Source of the DNA: Candidatus Marinacidobacterales bacterium
Lineage (GTDB): Bacteria; Acidobacteriota; Vicinamibacteria; Marinacidobacterales; SMYC01
Reading direction: 5' to 3'
NCBI GenBank assembly: GCA_965237955.1
Contig: OZ250169.1
Span: 1,632,001 to 1,696,000, forward strand
DNA: 64,000 bases
The notes under the pieces were generated by a model. It was not told where the DNA came from and did no database searches. It worked only from the letters and a program-made list of their open reading frames with translations. Shown here one piece after another: positions 56,136 to 64,000 of this stretch (position 1 is the stretch's first letter; every line of letters begins with the position of its first letter). A program made the translations under genes and the position numbers.

Positions 56136-57487
56136 TGATTTTTTCTTCGGTAACTCGAGAGCACGCGATTGACGAGCGTCTCGGTCTCTCCGAGGTAGGC
56201 GTGGTAGTTGACGCAGTCCTCGATCTCCTTGCGCGTGAGGTGCTGGCGTACGACGGGGTGGGCCCGTACTGCGTCCGAGAACGACGCTTCGTTCCGGCGC
56301 GCCTCATCGGAAAGCTCTTTCACGATCGCGTGAGCGCGATCGCTCCCGATGGCGGCAGCGAGCTTCATGAGGAGTGCTTCGGAGCAGACGACGACGCCGG
56401 CCCGCTCTAGATTTCGCTCCATGTTTTCCGGCTTGACGATGAGGGTTTTGAGCACGCGCCGCATGAGCTCGAGCTGCGCGTCGACGAGAAGACAAGCCTC
56501 GGGAACGAACTTCCACGCGGTCTCCCCTTGCCGGTGGTCGTCTTCCCACTCGGCATGGATATAGTCGAGCGCCGGTAGGACGTTCGAGCGTAGAAGCCGC
56601 CCGAGAAAAACGATCGAGCCCGACGCGACCGGGTTTTGCTTGTGTGGCATGGCGGAGCTTCCCACCTTGCCGTCGGTGAACTCGGTCACTTCGTCGACGT
56701 CCGTCTGCTGGAGGTTGTAGATATTCTGCGCGATCTTGCCGAGCGTCGCCGAGAGCATGCCCAAGTGCACGACGAACTCCGCTAGACGATCGCCCGCGGT
56801 CTTTACCGGGATCGGTGCGATGCCGAGGTCGAGGCGTTGCATCAACTGCTTTTGTACGCGCAGTCCCTTTTTCCCGAGCGACGCGAGCGTTCCCACTGCG
56901 CCGCCGAACTCGCCGACGAGCACCCGCTTGCGGCCTTCGAGCAGCCGGTCTTGGTGCCTCATGATTTCGTCGAGCCAAACCGCCGCTTTGAAACCGAATG
57001 TGACGGGAAGCGCGTGCTGACCGTGCGTCCTCCCCGCCATGATGGTGTCACGATGCTCGTCGGCGAGACCGGCCAGAAGCGAAGCCACCGCCTGAAGGTT
57101 GGCGAGAATGACAGAGTAGCTGTCCTTCACTTGGAGCGTCATGCCGGTGTCGAAGATGTTCTTGCTGGTGGCGCCCCAGTGCACGTAACCAGCGGACGCC
57201 GGAGACAGCTTCTTGCGTAGGCCATCGACGAGGGGAACGACGGGATTCCATGTGCGGTCGAACGATCGTTTCAAAGCTTTGAGATCGAGGTTCTCGATGC
57301 GCGCTTTCTGAGCGATCTCTCGCGCCGCCTTCTTGGGTACGAGCCCGAGCTCCGCCTCGACTTTCGCGAGTGCCGCCTCGACGTTGAGCCACCGCTGAAG
57401 TGTTGCGCGATCGTTCCAGAGCTTCCGCATCGCGGGGCTTCCGAAGCGGTCTTTGAAATAGAAAGAGTCGAAAACCGTTGATGGCAT
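56090..57487 (-). CDS. Adenylosuccinate lyase / PcaB-like fumarate lyase superfamily protein
   Basis: HWGATS, GRTHGQHA, GGAVGT, GSSAMPHKQNP. Confidence 0.88.
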   Translation of the reverse strand: MPSTVFDSFYFKDRFGSPAMRKLWNDRATLQRWLNVEAALAKVEAELGLVPKKAAREIAQKARIENLDLKALKRSFDRTWNPVVPLVDGLRKKLSPASAGYVHWGATSKNIFDTGMTLQVKDSYSVILANLQAVASLLAGLADEHRDTIMAGRTHGQHALPVTFGFKAAVWLDEIMRHQDRLLEGRKRVLVGEFGGAVGTLASLGKKGLRVQKQLMQRLDLGIAPIPVKTAGDRLAEFVVHLGMLSATLGKIAQNIYNLQQTDVDEVTEFTDGKVGSSAMPHKQNPVASGSIVFLGRLLRSNVLPALDYIHAEWEDDHRQGETAWKFVPEACLLVDAQLELMRRVLKTLIVKPENMERNLERAGVVVCSEALLMKLAAAIGSDRAHAIVKELSDEARRNEASFSDAVRAHPVVRQHLTRKEIEDCVNYHAYLGETETLVNRVLSSYRRKNQRKGAKTRRRKGNRA

Positions 57488-57781
57488 CTATGTCCGCGCG
57501 CGCACTTTGGAGACTTTCTTTTCCATCTCCTCTTCGAGCCGTCCCTTCTCTTTTTTCAGCTCGGCGCGGAGGACTTCGGCTTCTTCGAAAGAACCGACCG
57601 CCCGGAGCGTGCCTTCGTGCTGGATCTCGAGCTCGGCAATCTGGGCGCGACAGCGGCTGCGGATATCGGCGATTTCCGCCTTCTGCTCGTCGGTGAGCTT
57701 CACCTCTTCGTAGTCGCCCCGCGCCCGGAGCTTCTCCATCGCCAGTTCGACCGCGGATTTCGGGGCGTCATCGTCCAACAT
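57488..57781 (-). CDS. Hypothetical coiled-coil protein
   Basis: KSAVELAMEKL...LTDEQKAEIA; abuts the lyase start. Confidence 0.7.
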   Translation of the reverse strand: MLDDDAPKSAVELAMEKLRARGDYEEVKLTDEQKAEIADIRSRCRAQIAELEIQHEGTLRAVGSFEEAEVLRAELKKEKGRLEEEMEKKVSKVRART

Positions 57782-57822
57782 GACCCGATGATATACTACG
57801 CGCTCGCGAAAGGAGCAATTGG

Positions 57823-58044
57823 ATGGCCGAGATCACTGTGCTCAACAATGGGCCGCTGCGCGCGAAAGGCGAAGTGACGTTGAAGGACGCCGAAGGCAAC
57901 ACTTATGACCTCAAGGGACGAGACGCGATCTCGCTCTGCCGGTGTGGGCACTCCGAGAACAAACCTTTTTGTGATGGCTCCCACAACCGACAAGGATTTC
58001 AGCACGAGTCCAAAGCCTTCGATCTCCCGGAAAAGAAAGGCTGA
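57823..58044 (+). CDS. CDGSH iron-sulfur domain protein
   Basis: NGPL, LCRCGHSENKPFCDGSH; AAGGAG RBS. Confidence 0.95.
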   Translation: MAEITVLNNGPLRAKGEVTLKDAEGNTYDLKGRDAISLCRCGHSENKPFCDGSHNRQGFQHESKAFDLPEKKG

Positions 58045-58050
58045 GTAGCT

Positions 58051-58447
58051 ATGGTTACGATACCGGAGGACTATCGAGACATTCTGGACAAGAAGGCGTT
58101 CGTCCACCTCGCAACGAAGATGCGGGACGGGAAGCCCGCAAGTGAGCCCGGTGTGGGCCGAGTACGACGGCGATTACATCGTCGTGAATTCGGCGAAGGG
58201 CCGCCTCAAGGACCGTAGCATGCGAGCCGACGACCGGGTCGCCGTGTCTGCGACCGACCCCGACAACCCGTATCGGGCGCTCATGATTCGGGGGCGCATT
58301 ACGAAGATCACCGAAGAGGGCGCCGACGAGCACATCGACCGCCTTGCGAAGAAATACTTGAACGAAGACAAGTATCCGTACCGCGTGCCTGACGAAGTCC
58401 GCGTGAAGTACTACATCGAACCAATCAAAGTCGCGACGATGGGCTGA
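58051..58447 (+). CDS. PPOX-class (F420-dependent-type) oxidoreductase; frameshift near 58131
   Basis: AFVHLATKMRDG then SPQVSPVW...GRLK...DPDNPYR...LAKKY after removing one A. Confidence 0.8.
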
Positions 58448-58452
58448 TCGCG

Positions 58453-59680
58453 ATGCGCTGGTGCCTGCTTCTCCTGATGGGCCTGCTCGGCTTGTACGCT
58501 CGACCAGCGAGCAGCCAGATGGAGACGCTGGTGCTCACCAAACGCGAACGTCATCGACGGCTCGAGCGAGTCTCCGAGCCTGGGTCGCGCGGTTGTCGTC
58601 GTCGACGGTCGTATCGTTTCCAGCGTTGCCGCGGACGCTGCCCCCAGCGGAGGCGTCGTCCATGACCTGAAGGGTAAATACCTGCTGCCCGGTCTCGTGG
58701 ACGCGCACGTGCACATAGGGAGCACGAGTCAAGATCGGAGAGCTCTTCGGACCGGCATCACCACGGTGCGCAGCATGGGTACGGGCAACTACGCGGACGT
58801 CGGCCTGCGCGAGCTCGCCGCGAAGGGGATCATCGAATCGCCCGAGATTCTCGCGGCCGGCTACCACGTGAGGACGCATCCTGCGGAGTCGTTGTTCATC
58901 AACGATCCGAGTCTCTCGGACCTGTGGTCGGGTGTTCATGGTGCCGACGCCTACCGTCGAGTGACCGCGGTGAACCTCGAGCGCGGCGTCGACTGGATCA
59001 AGATCACGTCGACCGAGCGAGCGGGGCTGCCCAACACCGATCCACGAAAACAAACGATGCCCGTGGACGAGATCACGGCCGTGGTCGATGAAGCCACGAA
59101 CCGCGGGGTGCCGGTCGCCTGCCACGCCCACGGCGACGAAGGTGGCCGCGCTGCCGTTCTCGGTGGCGTGCGCAGCATCGAACATGGAACGTATCTCAGC
59201 GAAGAGACGTTGACGCTCATGAAAGAGCGGGGCACGTTCCTCGTTCCTACAGTAGCGGTCGTGGAGGATCTGATGAATCCCGGCGGGGATTATGACGATC
59301 CGGTGCTTCAGGTGCGCGGACGTCACATGCTGCCACGGGTGATGGAAGCGGTAAGGACGGCTCACCGCCTGGGCGTGAAAATTGTCGCTGCCACCGATAC
59401 CGGTTTTCGGCCGGACAGTACGCTCACGTTGCAGCACGAGATCGAGGCGTTGACGAAGTGCGGCTTGTCCCCGATGGAAGCAATCCAAGCGGCGACGAGT
59501 GTTGCTGCCGAGCTCCTCGAAATCGACGATCGCACCGGCACTATCCGGCAAGGCTATGAAGCGGATCTCATCGTCGTGGATCAGAATCCACTCGAGAACA
59601 TCCTGTCGCTGCAAGATGTCCTGTTGGTCGTGAACAACGGCAAGGTGGTGCTGGACCGACTCAGCTTTGCACTCGAATAA
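58453..59680 (+). CDS. Secreted metal-dependent amidohydrolase; frameshift near 58540
   Basis: Signal peptide, LTNANVIDG after removing one A, LLPGLVDAHVH, WIK, CHAHG, SIEHG, ATDTG. Confidence 0.85.
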
Positions 59681-59713
59681 GGGGCGAGCGGAAGAACCGT
59701 TCGTTATCAACAG

Positions 59714-59936
59714 CATGCTGTCGCTCGTCATGGCGACGGCGTGGCTTTTCATCAAGCGCGAGTATCTTCTCGAGCACTTCTACTTCAGCCAGCTTCTCGC
59801 ATTGACCCACCTGGTGACGCTCGGCTTTCTTTCGTCGCTCATGATGGGCGTCCTCCACCGCTTGAGCCCGACTCTGCTCGGCGTCGGAGCGTCATCGTAT
59901 TGGGTCGGGCGCGCTCAGTTCGGGTTCTACTTCTAA
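59714..59936 (+). pseudogene. Possible truncated membrane protein fragment
   Basis: Hydrophobic ORF with THLVTLG...MMG ending abruptly just before the convergent folE stop. Confidence 0.35.
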
Positions 59937-59949
59937 TCAATCGAACATG

Positions 59950-60543
59950 TCAGCTAATGCTCGAGAGGAACTCGGAGCGCAGATCGCTTTCGTCCGCGAA
60001 CGCTCCGGTGAAGTGTTGCGTCACGGTACGCGTGCCTTCGCGGGAGACGCCTCTCGTCGTCATGCAGGTTTGGTCGGTGTCGAGAACGACAGCGGTTCCG
60101 GCTGCGTCCACGTGCTTCGAGAGAGCTTCCGCAATCTGGCGCGTTACCGACTCTTGGATCTCGAGGCGGTGTGCGTAGCAATCCACGAGCCGTGCGAGAC
60201 TCGAAAGCGAGGCGAGCTTTTTGCCCGGGATGTAGGCCACGTGAGCGCGGCCATGAAACGGCAGCAGATGATGGGGGCACATCCCGTGGAAAGGGATTTC
60301 CTTGAGCAACACCATCTGCGAAGATCCGCCGACGGTTGGACTCTCATAGGTATCTTTCAAGATCGCGGCGGGGTCGGCCTCGTACCCGTCGAGGTAGGAC
60401 TCGATCCAAGAGCGCGCGACTTTGTCCGGGGTCTCCTCGAGGTCGGTTCCTTCCACTTCGAGGCCGGCGGCTTCGAGGAGCGACCGGATGGCGTCGCGCA
60501 TCGCAGCCACGTCGAAGCGCTCAGGCTTCGGCTGGCTGGCCAT
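59950..60543 (-). CDS. folE: GTP cyclohydrolase I
   Basis: ETP, MCPHHLLPF, AYIP, LEIQE, CMTTRG. Confidence 0.92.
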   Translation of the reverse strand: MASQPKPERFDVAAMRDAIRSLLEAAGLEVEGTDLEETPDKVARSWIESYLDGYEADPAAILKDTYESPTVGGSSQMVLLKEIPFHGMCPHHLLPFHGRAHVAYIPGKKLASLSSLARLVDCYAHRLEIQESVTRQIAEALSKHVDAAGTAVVLDTDQTCMTTRGVSREGTRTVTQHFTGAFADESDLRSEFLSSIS

Positions 60544-60892
60544 CAGGCTCTCCGCGATAGATGACGGCGGCGTCATCGGTCTCGTACAACTGCATCTCTT
60601 TCAGACCCTCGAGATGCGGTTGAAGCTGTCCCCACATCCACACGACCACGTTCTCTGCGGTCGGGTTTTCGAGCACCCGATTGAGATCGTTGTGGTCGAT
60701 ATCGTCGAGCACGTGCTCGTGCACGAGCCCTTTGACTTTCACGAAGTCGATGGAAAGTCCCGTCTTGGGGTCGACCGGCCCCTCAACGAAGACGAGAAGC
60801 TTGTAGTTGTGTCCGTGGGTGTGAAAGCAGGGGCCTTCGTAGAAGGGAAGCCGGTGGGCGGCGTTGAACTGAAACTCGACGCGAAGAATCAC
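60521..60892 (-). CDS. queD: 6-carboxy-5,6,7,8-tetrahydropterin synthase
   Basis: FNAAHRL, CFHTHGHNY, DH-x2-LN, NPTAEN, LYET. Confidence 0.9.
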   Translation of the reverse strand: MILRVEFQFNAAHRLPFYEGPCFHTHGHNYKLLVFVEGPVDPKTGLSIDFVKVKGLVHEHVLDDIDHNDLNRVLENPTAENVVVWMWGQLQPHLEGLKEMQLYETDDAAVIYRGEPDGQPAEA

Positions 60893-60916
60893 GGTCGTGC
60901 TCCCCGCCCTCGGCGT

Positions 60917-61531
60917 TTAGACGCCGATGACCTGAGCGGTGACGCTCCTCTCGCGCGGACCGTCGAACTCGGCGAAGAGGATGCTCTGCCATTGACCGAG
61001 AGGAATCTCGCCATTTTGGATGGGGAGCGTCACATTGTGGCCGAGAACGAGCGCTCGGATGTGGGCTTCGGCGTTCTTGCGCTCGCAGTCGGAGCAATCC
61101 TCGCAATCGTGCAAGTAGCCGTGCTCGCTATTGGCGAGGCCCTCGAGAAAATGCTTGACGTCGGCCATGAGCGCAGCCTGGAACTCGTTGATGAACACGG
61201 CGGTCGTCGTGTGCAGCGTGGACAGGACGAGGAAACCGGCTTTGATTCCCGAGGATTTCACCAAGTCTTTGATCCGGTCGGTGACGTTGTAGAGCTCGAC
61301 ACGCGAATCGGTAACGACTTTGAGCGTGCGGGAGAATATCTTGAGCGTTCCGTTCAGCTCCTGCAGGGAATCATTGGTCGTGGCGAACGCCTGTAGCGCC
61401 TGGCCCAGTCCGTTGCCACCATTGACTCCGTTCGTTCCACTGGCGATCTCGGACGCCCTCGTGTTCATGTCGTACTCCTTGGTCTGGTGCCGTGTGCTTG
61501 CCGGTCGGTCCTGTGCAATCTGCTCGGTCAT
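60917..61531 (-). CDS. yjbQ: YjbQ/UPF0047 family protein
   Basis: HTTTAVFINE, NAEAH, LGQWQ, EFDGPR; start uncertain. Confidence 0.85.
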   Translation of the reverse strand: MTEQIAQDRPASTRHQTKEYDMNTRASEIASGTNGVNGGNGLGQALQAFATTNDSLQELNGTLKIFSRTLKVVTDSRVELYNVTDRIKDLVKSSGIKAGFLVLSTLHTTTAVFINEFQAALMADVKHFLEGLANSEHGYLHDCEDCSDCERKNAEAHIRALVLGHNVTLPIQNGEIPLGQWQSILFAEFDGPRERSVTAQVIGV

Positions 61532-61552
61532 GAACTCGTCGCTCACTCGTTA

Positions 61553-61870
61553 CTATTCGGTAAACAGACGCGCTTCGCAAGCGCTGTCCTTGGCGAAAGT
61601 GAATCCTTGGGTCTCGTAGTCGATGACTCGATCCCGTGCAATGGCTAGCGTTCGCGCGTCTGCCAGGACGGTAACGCCCTCGGCGGGGACCACGTCGTCG
61701 TCGTCGCGGCGCTGGTCGAACGCGAGACCGAGCTCGATGGCCCCATCGCTGGCCTTTTCTGCAAAAAGTCTCACCGCCGCATCCGTTTCGCCCCGCTCCT
61801 CGAGGACGCTCCGGATTTTCGCCTGGGCTCGGTCCGACAACCGGAGACGGTTGTGCGCGAGTAGAAGCAT
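61553..61870 (-). CDS. HesB/IscA-like protein lacking the canonical Cys motifs
   Basis: LSDRAQAKI, AVRL, LAFD, IDY...GFTF layout; no GGCSG or CGCG. Confidence 0.6.
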   Translation of the reverse strand: MLLLAHNRLRLSDRAQAKIRSVLEERGETDAAVRLFAEKASDGAIELGLAFDQRRDDDDVVPAEGVTVLADARTLAIARDRVIDYETQGFTFAKDSACEARLFTE

Positions 61871-62061
61871 TGTGGATATGGATGTCGGATATATCTTGAT
61901 ATGTATTATCTGGGTATCAGAAGACCAAAAGAAATACTTTAATACACAGATCCCGCTCGCGCAAGCACGCTCTCGTTATCCCGTTGTGAGAGTGGGACAT
62001 ACGGCACATCGATCGCGTGCCTTGTCTTGCGCGATAGGGGCGTGTTAGCGTTTCTATCTCT

Positions 62062-63504
62062 ATGTTCGATGCTTCCTTCGTCGGGAAACTGAGGGACGAG
62101 CTCGCGACCGAGGCGGTTCTCGTCGACCCACACCATGTGCTCGTGTACGAATGCGACGGGGCCACGGCGTTCAAGTCGACTCCGGACGCGGTCGTCTTGC
62201 CCCAATCGACCGACGAGGTGGCCGCAGTGGTGCGTTTGTGCGGGTTGCACGATGTCCCGTTCGTTGCGCGCGGTGCCGGGACGGGCTTGTCCGGCGGCGC
62301 GACGCCGAGTGAAGGCGGGCTCGTGGTCTCGCTGACGTCGATGAACGAGATCCTCGAGATCGATGTGGCGAACCGCCTCGCTCTTTGCCAAACAGGCATC
62401 GTTAATTTGGAGATCACCGGTCGGGTCGCCAAGCATGGGCTGTACTTCGCACCCGACCCGTCGAGTCAGTCGTCGTGCACGCTCGGAGGGAACATTGCCG
62501 AGAACTCCGGTGGGCCTCACTGCTTGAAGTACGGCGCCACAACGGTGCACGTTCTCGGCCTCACGGTCGTGCTGCCCGATGGCGAGATCGTCCACCTCGG
62601 TGGCCCGCGCGATTCCGTCGGCTACGACCTCGTCGGACTCTTCGTCGGATCGGAGGGAACGTTCGGCATCGCGACCGAGGCCCTCATCCGGTTGATGCCG
62701 ACGCCGGAAACGGTCAAAACGCTGCTCGCGCCGTTTGCAAGCATGGAAGCGGCGTGCGAGGCGGTCTCGGATATCGTCGCTCTCGGGATCGTTCCCGCCG
62801 CGCTCGAAATGCTCGACCAAGCCACGATCGAGGTCGTCGAGGCTGGGGTCGCACGGGCCGGCTATCCGAAGGGCGCCGAGGCCGTGCTTCTGGTCGAGAT
62901 CGATGGCGCTCACCACGGCATGGCCCGGATGGAGCGCGAGATTCGCGAAGTTTGTGAACGTCGTGGCGCGGTCTCCGTTTCCGTCGCTCGCGACGAGGAG
63001 GAACGCGCGCGGCTATGGCTCGGAAGGAAGGCTGCCTTCGGCGCCATGGGCCGGCTGTCCACGGATCTCTACGTTCAAGACGGCGTCGTTCCCCGCTCGC
63101 GGCTTCCCGAAGTTCTCGTCAGAGTCGGAGAGATCGCCGCGCGATACAAAATCAAAGTCGCGAATGTGTTCCATGCTGGAGACGGCAACCTTCATCCGTG
63201 CATTCCCTACGACGGACGAGACCGCGACGAGCGGGAGCGAGTCCTCGAAGCGGGTCGCGAGATCCTCGAGCTCTGTGTCGCCGTCGGGGGAACCATTAGT
63301 GGCGAGCACGGCATCGGTACCGAGAAGTCGAGCTACATGGGGCTCCTGTTCTCCGACGCCGACTTGAGTTTGATGCAAGCCGTTCGCGACGTATGGAACC
63401 CGCGAGGGCTTTGCAATCCGGGCAAGCTCTTTCCGACGTCGTCAGGCTGCGGTGAAGCGGCGAGCCTGCCGAGCGTCGCCGCCGGGCCCGGGACGTGGAT
63501 TTGA
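62062..63504 (+). CDS. glcD: Glycolate oxidase subunit GlcD (FAD-linked oxidase)
   Basis: RGAGTGLSGG, PDPSS, GPHCLKYG, GSEGTFG, FHAGDGNLHP, GEHGIG, NPGK. Confidence 0.9.
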   Translation: MFDASFVGKLRDELATEAVLVDPHHVLVYECDGATAFKSTPDAVVLPQSTDEVAAVVRLCGLHDVPFVARGAGTGLSGGATPSEGGLVVSLTSMNEILEIDVANRLALCQTGIVNLEITGRVAKHGLYFAPDPSSQSSCTLGGNIAENSGGPHCLKYGATTVHVLGLTVVLPDGEIVHLGGPRDSVGYDLVGLFVGSEGTFGIATEALIRLMPTPETVKTLLAPFASMEAACEAVSDIVALGIVPAALEMLDQATIEVVEAGVARAGYPKGAEAVLLVEIDGAHHGMARMEREIREVCERRGAVSVSVARDEEERARLWLGRKAAFGAMGRLSTDLYVQDGVVPRSRLPEVLVRVGEIAARYKIKVANVFHAGDGNLHPCIPYDGRDRDERERVLEAGREILELCVAVGGTISGEHGIGTEKSSYMGLLFSDADLSLMQAVRDVWNPRGLCNPGKLFPTSSGCGEAASLPSVAAGPGTWI

Positions 63505-64000
63505 AAGATCTTCTCGAAGAAGTCGGCGCGCGCCCTCCGTCAGCGGACGAGCCGCGCATCGACGGTCTCTCGCCTTCGCTCGTGCTCGAGCCCGACGACG
63601 ATGAGACCTGCGCTCGCGCACTTGCTCTTTGCCACGAAGAAGACATGGCGGTCGTTCCTGTCGGAGGCGCTACCAGACTCGAGCTCGGGAACGCGCCGAG
63701 CCGTCTCGACGCGTACTTGAAAACGTCGCGTCTCGAAGGGGTCGAGGACCATATTCCGGGTGACCTGACCGTTGCGGTCCGTGCGGGGACGACACTCGAT
63801 GTGCTACAGCAGGAATTGGCTCGAGCGAACCAGTTCCTACCCTTGGAAGTTCCGAACCCGTCGCGCGCGACCATCGGCGGGATTCTCGCCGTCGGGGAGC
63901 CCGGCCTACGCCGGCGCCCCGGAGCCCGAGCTCGCGATTTGTTGTTGGGATTCGAGGCAGTGCTGGCAGATGGCACGCGCGTGAAAGCGGGGGGACGCGT
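63501..64000 (+). CDS. glcE: Glycolate oxidase subunit GlcE-like FAD-binding protein, 3'-truncated
   Basis: TTG overlapping glcD stop; PVGGAT, GDLTVAVRAGT, ATIGGILA, RDLLLG, KAGGR. Confidence 0.8.
   Translation, partial: MKDLLEEVGARPPSADEPRIDGLSPSLVLEPDDDETCARALALCHEEDMAVVPVGGATRLELGNAPSRLDAYLKTSRLEGVEDHIPGDLTVAVRAGTTLDVLQQELARANQFLPLEVPNPSRATIGGILAVGEPGLRRRPGARARDLLLGFEAVLADGTRVKAGGR

Noticed and set aside
56090-57487. Assigning purB or pcaB
   Set aside because: Motifs support the superfamily only; no pathway context to discriminate

Overview
GC-rich bacterial DNA. The gene repertoire (Ser/Thr kinase-PD40 fusion, DUF885, PIG-L/NEW3 protein next to a sodium:solute symporter) suggests Acidobacteriota; this is inference only. 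The standout region is a compact co-oriented operon at 4341-12220 encoding a eukaryote-like, membrane-associated ubiquitin-type conjugation system. It contains a ubiquitin-like protein whose terminal Gly is masked by VVWA, a ThiF/E1 enzyme (frameshifted in this assembly), a membrane-anchored JAB/JAMM peptidase, a polytopic FHA protein, two membrane-anchored prokaryotic RING proteins, a DUF2752 protein, a Zn-ribbon/TM/trypsin-like protease, and a UBC-fold E2 fused to two copies of a 47-aa C11H zinc module. The rest of the window holds atu/liu-like carboxylase genes, a complete ISL3 element with an 8-bp target duplication inserted inside a palindromic repeat, an envelope glycosylation region, transporters, two Ser/Thr kinases, a DapF with both catalytic Cys replaced by Ser, folE/queD and glcDE. 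Several single-base frameshifts look like assembly errors. No rRNA, tRNA or CRISPR array was recognised.
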